DNA from: Sphaerodactylus townsendi
Taxonomy: Eukaryota
Assembly: GCF_021028975.2 (NCBI RefSeq)
Contig: NC_059440.1
Coordinates: forward strand, 24,428,001-24,492,000
Reading direction: 5' to 3'
Length of the DNA: 64,000 nt
Within the stretch, counting starts at the first letter, position 1; each line of letters opens with the position of its first letter. Under the pieces are notes generated by a model, which saw nothing but the letters and a program-made list of their open reading frames with translations, was not told the origin of the DNA and made no database searches. Of the stretch, positions 13,062 to 22,911 are shown piece after piece. The position numbers and the translations under genes are program-made.

Positions 13062-13823
13062 CAACTCAATGCATGGCAGCTGTGAAAAAGGCAAACTCTA
13101 TGCTGGGGATAATTAGGAAAGGAATTGAGAATAAAACTGCAAAGATTGTCATGCCCTTATATAAAGCCGTGGTGTGACCGCACTTGGAGTACTGTGTCCA
13201 GTTCTGGTCGCCACATCTCAAAAAGGATATCGAGGAGATAGAAAAAGTGCAGAGAAGGGCAACAAGGATGATTGAGGGACTGGAGCACCTTCCCTATGAG
13301 GAGAGGCTGCAGCGTTTGGGACTCTTTAGCTTGGAGAGGAGACGTCTGAGGGGGGATATGATTGAAGTCTATAAAATTATGCATGGGGTAGAAAATGTTG
13401 ACAGAGAGAAATTTTTCTCTCTTTCTCACAATACTAGAACCAGGGGGCATACATTGAAAATGCTGGGGGGAAGAATTAGGACTAATAAAAGGAAACACTT
13501 CTTCACGCAACGTGTGATTGGTGTTTGGAATATGCTGCCACAGGAGGTGGTGATGGTCACTAACCTGGATAGCTTTAAAAGGGGCTTGGACAGATTTATG
13601 GAGGAGAAGTCGTTCTATGGCTACCAATCTTGATCCTCTTTGATCTCAGATTGCAAATGCCTTAACAGTCCAGGTGCTCGGGAGCAACAGCCGCAGAAGG
13701 CCATTGCTTTCACGTCCTGCATGTGAGCTCCCAAAGGCACCTGGTGGGCCACTGCGAGTAGCAGAGAGCTGGACTAGATGGACTCTGGTCTGATCCAGCT
13801 GGCTTGTTCTTATGTTCTTATGT
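13062..13823 (+). mobile_element. 5'-truncated CR1 LINE, same young family
   Basis: Near-identical to 3037-3775, with a CGA>TGA stop at about 13175. Confidence 0.93.
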
Positions 13824-14140
13824 AGGTTCAGATCCCTACTTCTACCAAAGTAGCTTGCTGGGTGTCCTTGGTTCCACCACAAATTAGACAGAAGCGTAAT
13901 AGCAATTAAACAAAAAACACCGCCAATCCTGTGTGTATTGTTAGTGGTTTGTATTTTTGTAACTTTCTGTATTTATGCCTGTTCGTAGCTGTTTTAGACA
14001 ATAGTGCACTTATTTTCACTTGTTAATTCACTTAGTAAATTAGTAGCAAGTATAGAAGTTTGTGTGTTTGGACTGGCGGTGTTTTTTGGTTATTATTAAT
14101 TGTCCTTGGCTCCATCACATATTCTCAACCTCATGTATCT

Positions 14141-14378
14141 TGTAATGGATTCAAGGTACAGGAAAAGAGATTCCACCTAAACATTAGGAAGAACTTTCCG
14201 TCCGTCAGGGCTGTTCGACAGTGGAATTCACTGCCTCAGAGAGTTGTGGAGTTTCCTTCTTCAGAGGTTTTTAAACAGAGGCTGGGTGAACATATGTCGG
14301 GAGTGTTTTGATTGTGTGTTCCTGCATTGCCGGGGGTTGGACTGGATGGCCCTTCGGGTCTCTTCCGATTCTATGATC
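14141..14378 (+). mobile_element. CR1 LINE 3' fragment, second subfamily (ATTCTATG tail)
   Basis: NGFKVQEKRFHLNIRKNF..VRAVRQWNSLP..VVE.PS.EVFKQRL. Confidence 0.85.
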
Positions 14379-15055
14379 TCATGGGGTTGTTGCTATGAGA
14401 AAAGGAAGGAGGCGACATTCTAAGCCCCTTTGACTTCTGACTGGGCAGAAAAGTGGTATAAATAAAGGAATGAAAATGCATTCATTGTTAGTCTCATTGG
14501 TCTTCCCAACTTTCTAACATTATTTCTTGGCAAGGTTAAAGGGACATGTAGCTCTAACAGCAATTGAACTGAGAAGCTGAGAAAAATAAAAATTCAGAGC
14601 AACCACATTCACGCAGTTACATTCTGATCATGGGCCAGCATGCCAGCATCATCAGTTGGCAACCTAGGTCATAATGAGTACAGGAACAAACATATTTGCA
14701 AAACTGCTCGTTTCAAATTGCAAGCAGATCACAAATGCGAAAACACGGTTTCCTTCACCCGGAGAGCGGCTGCCAGTCTGAGTAGACGAAGCTAATGTTG
14801 ATGGACCAATTGCCTGACTCAGTATAAGGCAGTTTCATGTGTGTTCTTGTGGGGGCCACCACGCAAAAGCCCCTTTTGCACATGCAGAATAATACATTTT
14901 CAATCCATGTTCACAATTGTTTGCAAGTGGATTTTGCTATTCCGCACAGTAAAATAAGCTTCTTTTTGAGGGAATGAACCCCCTCAGCAACTTTTGCCAA
15001 GACAACAAAGAAATCTGTGCTGTTCTGCTAAACTGATCTCCAGATCTCAGGCTAT

Positions 15056-15547
15056 TTGGAGAGGAGACGGCTGAGGGGGGATATGATTGAAGTCTATAAA
15101 ATTATGCATGGGGTAGAAAATGTTGACAGAGAGAAATTTTTATCTCTTTCTCACAATACTAGAACCAGGGGGCATACATTGAAAATGCTGGGGGGAAGAA
15201 TTAGGACTAATAAAAGGAAACACTTCTTCACGCAACGTGTGATTGGTGTTTGGAATATGCTGCCACCGGAGGTGGTGATGGCCACTAACCTGGATAGCTT
15301 TAAAAAGGGGTTGGACAGATTTATGGAGGAGAAGTCGATCTAAGGCTACCAATCTTGATCCTCCTTGATCTCAGATTGCAAATGCCTTAGCAGACCAGGT
15401 GCTCAGGAGCAGCAGCAGCAGAAGGCCATTGCTTTCACGTCCTGCACGTGAGCTCCCAAAGGCACCTGGTGGGCCACTGCAAGTAGCAGAGAGCTGGACT
15501 AGATGGACTCTGGTCTGATCCAGCAGGCTAGTTCTTATGTTCTTATG
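15056..15547 (+). mobile_element. 5'-truncated CR1 LINE, same young family
   Basis: ORF 15056-15343 plus the same 3'UTR and tail. Confidence 0.92.
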
Positions 15548-16589
15548 ATGTCCGGGAAGATTCAAGTCCAAACACATGACCCTTTCTTTCAGCCTGGTCG
15601 GTTGATCAGATGTTTTAGTCTGAAAGTCCCCCAAAAGAAAAGCAGGAAGACCCTTGAAACTGCTTTCTACTCTCTGGAGGAAAATAAAAATCTCCATGCA
15701 TTCATGCCGGGGTCAGTTGCACCTGTATATCTTAAATGAAATAAAACGCATACATACAGAACTTCGGACACGCGGCTGCAGAAAGTGCTGTTTTGATGGT
15801 GGCATTAATGTGTACAGTTCAGGAGCCAGGGCAAGCAGGTATAATCCCCTACCACCACACCACACCAGTACAACACATGAACAGGATTACTCCGTGTCAG
15901 GAACCCAGACTATCCTCTGAAGATGCTCGTAGTCTTTCTTCTGGCCAGGTTAACTGGAACTGCTGACTTCAGAAATAATTTGCACTGCTCTGATGAGCCA
16001 TGGAAAGGTTTAGCCCCAGACAGGGCATAACTCTTTGCCAGCTCAGCATGCTCACAAAGGCACTCGAGGATGCCAGCACCTGCCTCAGATGTGTGCATGC
16101 TTTCTGACCCATGGCTGTTTTAATTGCAAGGAAAACCATCACCCCACAGAAACACAAAGCGCATCTGACGTGGTTCGGAAAAGCTGCGGGTCCGGCCCAA
16201 AGAGGTAGATTTAACCTTCTGCCGCGTCAGATGTTGTCTTTGCTAGACTAACACCATTTGATCGTGAGTCCACCTAATATTCCAAGGCTCAAAACTCATC
16301 TGATCGCCTCTGACAATTCTTGAAGTATACCTACTGTAATTCTGTCCAGACCCTCCGGCAACTCCTTTGAAGATGATGAAGGCTTAGAGTCTGGTCCGGC
16401 CACAATCAAGGTAACTTCTAATTTTGAGAACGTTGCTGGGTGGGGGATGTGTTTTATAGAAAAGTCCTTGTCCCTACACACACACAACCTAGAACTGAGC
16501 TTTGCTCCTTAAAATAGTCTTAAGATTCTTGGTTCTTTTTAAAAAACTAATATTTCTAGGCATATTTTTTATTTTGTTTTCTGTGTATC

Positions 16590-16795
16590 CAGTGCCATTA
16601 AGTTGCAGCCAACTTATGGCGACCCTTTGAGATTTTCCAGGCAAGAAATAAAAGAGAGGTGGTGGGCCATTGACTTCCCCTGCATAGTAATCCCGGTATT
16701 CCTTGGAAGTCACCCATCCAAATACTAACCAGGGCTGATCTTGCTTAGCTTCTGAGAGCTGATGAGATCAGGCTAGCCTGGGCCACCCAGGTCAA
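16590..16795 (-). mobile_element. 5S rRNA-derived SINE (5S-Sauria-like)
   Basis: Minus strand GCCTGATCTCATCAGCTCTCAGAAGCTAAGCAAGATCAGCCCTGGTTAGTATTTGGATGGG resembles the 5S internal promoter and is followed by a non-5S body. Confidence 0.7.
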
Positions 16796-16801
16796 GGCAA
16801 T

Positions 16802-16952
16802 GACCCCTTCCGCACATGCAGAATAATCCACTTTCAATCCACTTTCACAATGGTTCGCGAGTGGATTCTGCTATTCTGCACAGTAAAATCCAGTTGCAAA
16901 GCGCATTGAAAGTGGATTGAAAGTGCATTATTCTGCATGTGCAGAAGTGGCC
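16802..16952. mobile_element. PIF/Harbinger-type MITE
   Basis: Same TIRs. Confidence 0.82.
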
Positions 16953-17362
16953 AAAGAGAGGAACAGGGAAGAAAATTACAGGGGTCTCAGCCACCCTTTA
17001 ATTCCTTCTTTCTTCTCTTCCTTTTACAAAAGCTGCCGCTCACCATAGAGCATTTGCTGTCCCCAGAAGCAGCAATGACTTCTACTATGTATGTCTTCTA
17101 AAGGAGATGATGGGGATAAGTTCATCCATGGCTGTTAACCATGGTAACTAAAGAGAACTTCCATATCCAGAGGCAGTCAACCTCTAGTTCCATATCCAGA
17201 GGCAGTCAAAACTCAAGATCTAGAGGGAAAGGGGAAGACTCCGGTCTCTAACTTACCTTTCTGGCAGAACGGGTTGGCCACAGTACGAAGTAGGATTCTG
17301 GACTGAGATGGACCAGTGGCTGGTCTAGCAGGAGATCTCTTGTGTGAAACCGACAATAGTGA

Positions 17363-17502
17363 GGACCCTTCCGCACATGCAAAATAATGCACTTTCAATC
17401 CACTTTGCAGCTGGATTTTACTGTGCAGAATAGCAAAATCCACTTGCAAATAATTGTGAAAGTGGATTGAAAGTGCATTATTCTGCATGTGTGGAAGGGG
17501 CC
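17363..17502. mobile_element. PIF/Harbinger-type MITE
   Basis: Same TIRs. Confidence 0.82.
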
Positions 17503-17665
17503 TAAGTTAAACCATAGTTAGCCATTAGTCTAGGGTAGGAGAGAAAGAAGAAAACAGAAATATGGGGAAAAGAACCTGTCTTTGAACTTTCTTTCAGCTT
17601 TTTAAGTGTCAGGTCATTTATGCACATGTGGTCTCCTCCTTCTCTTTGAGCTTACATTCCCGTAT

Positions 17666-18112
17666 GTTTCGGTAATCGGTAATAATCTGTAATGATCGGT
17701 TTTGATAATAATCGATAATAATCGGTTTCAGTAATCGGTAATAATAGGTTTTGGAATCGGTAATAATCGGTTTCGCAATCTGTAATAATTGGTAACAATT
17801 GGAAATAATCAGCTTCAGTAATTGGTAATAATCAGTTTTGGAATCGATAATAATTGGTAATCTTCAGTTTCAGTAATTGGTAGTAATCAGTTTCAGTAAT
17901 CGGTAATAATCGGTTTTAGTGATCGGTAATAATCAGTTTTGGTAATCGGTTATAATCGGTAATAATCGGTTTCCGTATCAGTAATCATTGGTGGTAATCG
18001 GTTTCGGTATCAGTAATAATTGATTATAATTGGTTTCAGTAATTGGTAATAATCGGTTTTGGTAATTGGTAATAATCGGTAATAATTGGTTTCAGTAATC
18101 GGTAATAATTGT
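17666..18112. repeat. Degenerate minisatellite of AATCGGTAAT / AATCGGTTTCAGT units
   Basis: About 450 bp of interleaved 10- and 13-mer units, directly visible. Confidence 0.92.
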
Positions 18113-18659
18113 AAGCCACCCTGTGCTTGCTATTGGACTGGCAAGGGCAGTGTTATAAATTCAATCAAATAAAAATAATAAATAATACATTTACAAAAAG
18201 ATGAACTGCTGTAAATGCTGCATACCCCGTGACCTAAATCTGCAGTCTGACTTCTCTCTACAGTGGCACAAGGCTAATTTTATGTATTCATTAATCTACC
18301 CAAATTCCTCCTGACCACATCTGAAAGAGCTTGTCCATATGGGATTGGCTGAATCCTAGAGCTTTCTTCCCAGCATTCATCCTTGTTCTCAGCGGGTGAT
18401 TTTTAATTGACTCAAGTGATTTCTTAGTGGACCATTTTTTTAAAAAAAAAAAGTTGTGCAGTCTGTGCCAACTGGTCAGATTAACGTTGTTTTTGAGTTA
18501 TCCGTGCACAGACTGAAACTCTTTTCCTGCTTTCACAACTTAATTTCCCTCAAGCAGCCATTAGAGGGTTGGCTTTGTAAAATACTGATTTTGATTGTTG
18601 GCTCAAGGTTGGATAAATGAAGGAGAACTCACCTATTTGTTCATTTCTGACACCACATC

Positions 18660-18955
18660 AAGAAGAAGAGTTTGGATTTATATCCCACCTTTCTCTCCTG
18701 TAGGGAGACTCAAAGGGGCTTACAATCTCCTTTCCCTTCCCCCACAACAAACACCCTGTGAGGGGGGTGGGGCTGAGAGAGCTCCGAAAAACTGCGACTA
18801 CTAGCCCAAGGTTACCCAGCTGCCATGTGTTGGAGTGTACAAACTAATCTGAATTCCCCATATAAGCCTCCACAACTCAAGTGGCAGAGCAGGGAATCAA
18901 ACCCGGTTTTCCAGATTAGAGTGCACCTGCTCTTAACCACTACACCACGCTGACT
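18660..18955 (-). mobile_element. tRNA-derived CORE SINE
   Basis: Full-length copy. Confidence 0.85.
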
Positions 18956-19109
18956 CTCATTAGGGACTCCTAATTTTTTAGAGTCTCATCGGATTCCCTC
19001 AAACTCATAGGCTTGAAACCCCCAGCAAAACTCAAGCTGCACTAGCAAGCTGGATAATTACTGCATAGCAGAAGGTTCAGGTTTGCATCAAGGTAATGGT
19101 GAATAGGGG

Positions 19110-19609
19110 GTTAATTATTTAACGATACCATCTTTGCGACCTAAAATGCCCCACCCAGCAGTGGTATTTGTTACAATGAGGAAAACACACAGGATGACCA
19201 TATTTTCTCAGGGTAAGCATGTTCTGCAGTAGAACAGATCTGAGTCCAGTAGACCCCCAAGAGCAACAATGACCTCAGTTTAATCATTTCAGCTTCTAGG
19301 GAAGAGTCCAAGCTAGATCTGACCCAGGACCCACCCGCTTGTCTTTTTGACAGTCCACAGTATCCATAAAAGTTTCCTCCAACACCGCTGCTATTGAAGA
19401 CCATCGGGGGAGAAGAGCAACCTAGCCAAGCAGACCCCACCCAGGTAAGAACTGGAAAGAAATGACCAGAAATGAGGTCGTCTCCTTGCATGACCACAAC
19501 ATCGGGATTCTTTGGAGGCAGCATTGCAGTTGAACACTGTGATGTCGAGCAGTTCGAGAGTCTCATGCGCATGTTCTGACCTTCCAGAGTTCTCCACAGA
19601 GTTCTCCAC
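19110..19609 (+). promoter_or_regulatory. Putative promoter and non-coding first exon of the CLDN16-like gene
   Basis: HNF1-like GTTAATTATTTAAC at 19110-19123, TATA-like CATAAAA at 19365-19371, strong donor CAG|GTAAGA at 19444/5, and acceptor CCTTCCAG ending 19587, 22 nt before the ATG. Confidence 0.45.
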
Positions 19610-22600
19610 ATGGCTGCGCTGGTGTCACAGATGTCTTTCTGTGTGGCTTTGGTCTCCACCCTCTTCCTGATTTCAGCCACTTGGACCGACTGCTGGATGG
19701 TGAATGTTGATGACACCATAGAGGTGAGCAGAAACGGGAGAGGCCAGTTTTAAAAGACCAACATGAGCCCAAATGCAGTCAGAGAAAAACATGACTCCTT
19801 TGCATCCCTTCCAGACCCTTCAGAGCTGGTAGGTTTGGTTTCTTCCTTTTAGAAGAATAAGAATTTGGATTTATACCCCACCTTTCCCTCCTGTAAGGAG
19901 ACACAAGGTGGCTTGCAAGCTCCTTTCCCTTCCTCTCCCCACAACAGACACCTGGTGAGGCAGGTGGGGCTGAGAGAGTTCTGAGAGAACTGTGACTAGC
20001 CCAAGGTCGCCCAGCAGGAATGTAGGAGCGCAGAAACGCATCTGGTTCACCAGATAAGCCTCTACCACTCAAGAGGAGGAGTGGGGAATCAAACCCGGTT
20101 CTCCAGATTAGAATCCATCTGCTCTTAACCACTACACCACGTTGGCTCTTTTAGGCATTCCTTCTGTTTCTAAGGGATTCACTGTCATATCAATTGTTTG
20201 TAAACCACTGAGGTGGTTTTTTGAGTGGGAAAGTGGGATATAAGTCCTTAAATTAAAAAAGAAACAAATGAAAAGTTATTCTCTGAATCCAATGTTCTTT
20301 GATTTTCAACATTCCTATACAGCAAGATAGGGTCCAGTTTACATCAGAGGGACCTTCCTAGTTTAGGACAGCTCCCTGAGTCTTGGGAGGGAGAGAATCC
20401 CAGAATCCCTCACACTTATTGCAAAGGACTTTGGGAGACTCTATCATTTGGCTCCTGAGTTATCTCCAATTTGGCTAGGCTTTGCACAAGTAAAAGGCTG
20501 ACTGCGGAGGGGTGGAACCAGGGAGGTGTTTGTGCCCCACCATATGACCAGTCCTGGGAATCTCTAGAGCAGGCCATGCAGAGCTCTTCTGCCCTTTCTC
20601 TGTCCCCATGCAGGTCAGCCAGAAGTGCCGAGGGCTTTGGAGGGAGTGCGTCAGCAACTTGAAAGACGGCATCAAGACCTGCGACCTGCACGATTCCATT
20701 TTAGCAGAACATCCCCGTAAGTCTCCATCTACGGATAAGAAGAAGAGTCCTCTTCACCCCTGGTGGCCTCAGACAGTGGTTTTAAACTCTGAGCAATTGC
20801 GTCTCCCTGGCGCTCATTTTATCCAGCAGTGGTTTGCTCTCTTCCCCCCAGTCAAGATCGTGGTGACGCGGGCCTTGCTGATCACGGCAGACATCCTCTC
20901 GGGCTTCGCTTTGGCTCTGCTGGTGCTGGGCCTCGACTGCATCAAGTTCCTGAAGGACGAGCCACAAGTCAAGCTGAAGATGTGCTATTCGTCCGGATTG
21001 GTGCTGGGGGTCGGAAGTAAGCGTTTGGGGGAGCTTGTGCCGCTAATAACAAGCCAGATTTCTTCAGGGGAATTACACTGGATGGTTTGAGGCATAGCTC
21101 ACTGGCAGAGGCATACCAGGGGAAAATGGTGCCCTGAGCAACACCTGCTCGGGGCGCCCCCCATGCCCCCTCCGGTCCCATTTACCTAAGCTGCTGCTGG
21201 CGGTCCCAGGCAGCCTGGCAGGGCCAGGCCTGGCGGGGCTAGACTGAGAGGTGCCTGGTGGGCCGCTCCTTGGCTCCATCCTACCAGGCTGCTCTTTCAG
21301 CCGGCAGAGCCTCTGACAGCTTTAGGAGCAGCCTGGCAGGGCCGAGTCAAGGGGCAGCAGGTCAGTTGATCCCCCATGTCAGTCTGACAGTTACGCCCAG
21401 TGGTGGGATCCAAAAATTTTAGTAACAGGTTCCCATGGTGGTGGGATTCAAACTGTGGCGTAGCGCCAATGGGGCTGGGCGGGGCACAACGGGGGCATGG
21501 CCGGGCATTCTGTGGGCGGGGCATTCCTGGGCGGGGCGGGGCAAGGATGCAGCCACTGCACCGGTCCTTGGGCGCGAAACGAATGCACGCAGGCGCAGGC
21601 TGCCACGCATGCTGGTGCACTTCCTGCTAGACTGCTTCAAGTTCTGCGCGCTACTGCTGAGAGGAGGGGCGTAACTAAGGCGAAAATCACGTGGGAAAAT
21701 CACCAATTAGTAACCCCCTCTCGGCACACACAAATAATTAGTAACCTACTCTCGGGAACCTGTGAGAACCTGCTGGATCCCACCTCTGGATACGCCCCTA
21801 CTCACTGGACCTCTTTGCCTGCCAGGTGTCCTCGGACTAGTGGGCTCGGTGTGGTACGCCATTGACGTCTACCTAGAGAGGATCAGGCTGGCGTTACACA
21901 ATGTATTTTTGGGTGTCCATTACGATTTTGGCTGGTCCTGCTGGTTGGGAATGGCAGGATCCACAGGCGGCCTTCTGACTTCCATCGTGTTGACCTGCTG
22001 CCTTTATTCCCTCACAGGTTAGTATTTATTTCACTTGCGACTCAGGTGCCCTCTAGATCAGGACCCCTGCCCACAGTGTAATCAATGCTTTGTATATTTC
22101 GCCCTCCAAAATAATAATCAGAAAAGAGCTGACAAAATTAGCAGGCAAGACGGAATGGAGCGTGCTCAGAAAATGGCAGCGAGGAGGAAGACCAGAGATG
22201 CAGAGAGGGAAACGTCTTAAAGAGATCACACAGCAAATCAAAACGTTTTCAAAACGTTCCAGCAAAAGAATTGCTATTCTCGAGAATGCGTTCAAAACAT
22301 TTTCAGGCTGGAAAGAAAACATGTTTTGGGGAAAAAACTATGTGGAATCCCTCGGAGAAAATGTTTTTATTTCCTGCCTCAAAATGTTTTAAAGTGTTTG
22401 TGTGGAAAGGGCAAAAGGGTTCTAGTCCAAGACAAGGCTGTCAGGGATGCGAGTCCCAGGCAGAGAAGAACTTTAAAGGACCAGAGTTTTGAATGCTCAA
22501 TATTCTAATTCTTCCATCACAGCTGATGCCACTTCCTCCCGGAGACCTCACCGATTCACGTTCTGTTCGCGGGCGGCCACCTGCAAGATGTATGCCGTCG

Positions 22601-22614
22601 CTTCTCGAGTGTGA
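19610..22614 (+). CDS. Claudin-16-like protein (CLDN16 paralogue, 221 aa)
   Basis: Exons 19610-19723, 20614-20716, 20852-21016, 21826-22017, 22523-22614 (114/103/165/192/92 nt), all GT-AG and in frame. Motifs [68 protein letters not shown] and C-terminal KMYAVASRV are diagnostic of the CLDN16 (paracellin-1) family. Confidence 0.92.
19852..20147 (-). mobile_element. tRNA-derived CORE SINE
   Basis: Full-length copy of the second subfamily (CACTCCTACATTCCTGCTGGG variant). Confidence 0.85.
21398..21788 (+). mobile_element. Non-autonomous hAT element (~390 bp)
   Basis: TIRs CAGTGGTGGGATCCA / TGGATCCCACCTCTG; 8-bp TSD GTTACGCC/GATACGCC. Confidence 0.88.
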
Positions 22615-22911
22615 CACGGCTGAAGGATACCCCCGTGTCAGCTGTTGATATGGGATCGTTAATTGTACGGATCTTTTCTTTCAGCTAAGGAGAGAAGGCT
22701 GGCTTTTGAGGTCACCTGCACCATGTGCCCCCCTACCCAGCAGCCCCAAGGGACAACACTGCTATCAGCATAGCAAGCCAGACATTGTTAGTGTCTTTAT
22801 CAAGCAATGGGTGGTTAAGGTGAATTCACTGAATCATAAAAGACACGATGCAATTGGGCTTCGTCTGGTTTAATAGATATCCGGACTCATTTCTGGCAGA
22901 GAAACCCGCTT

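Noticed and set aside
17666-18112. AATCGGTT units as an array of Grainyhead (AACCGGTT) sites upstream of a claudin
   Set aside because: The mismatch hits the core C of the CNNG motif, so binding is unlikely.
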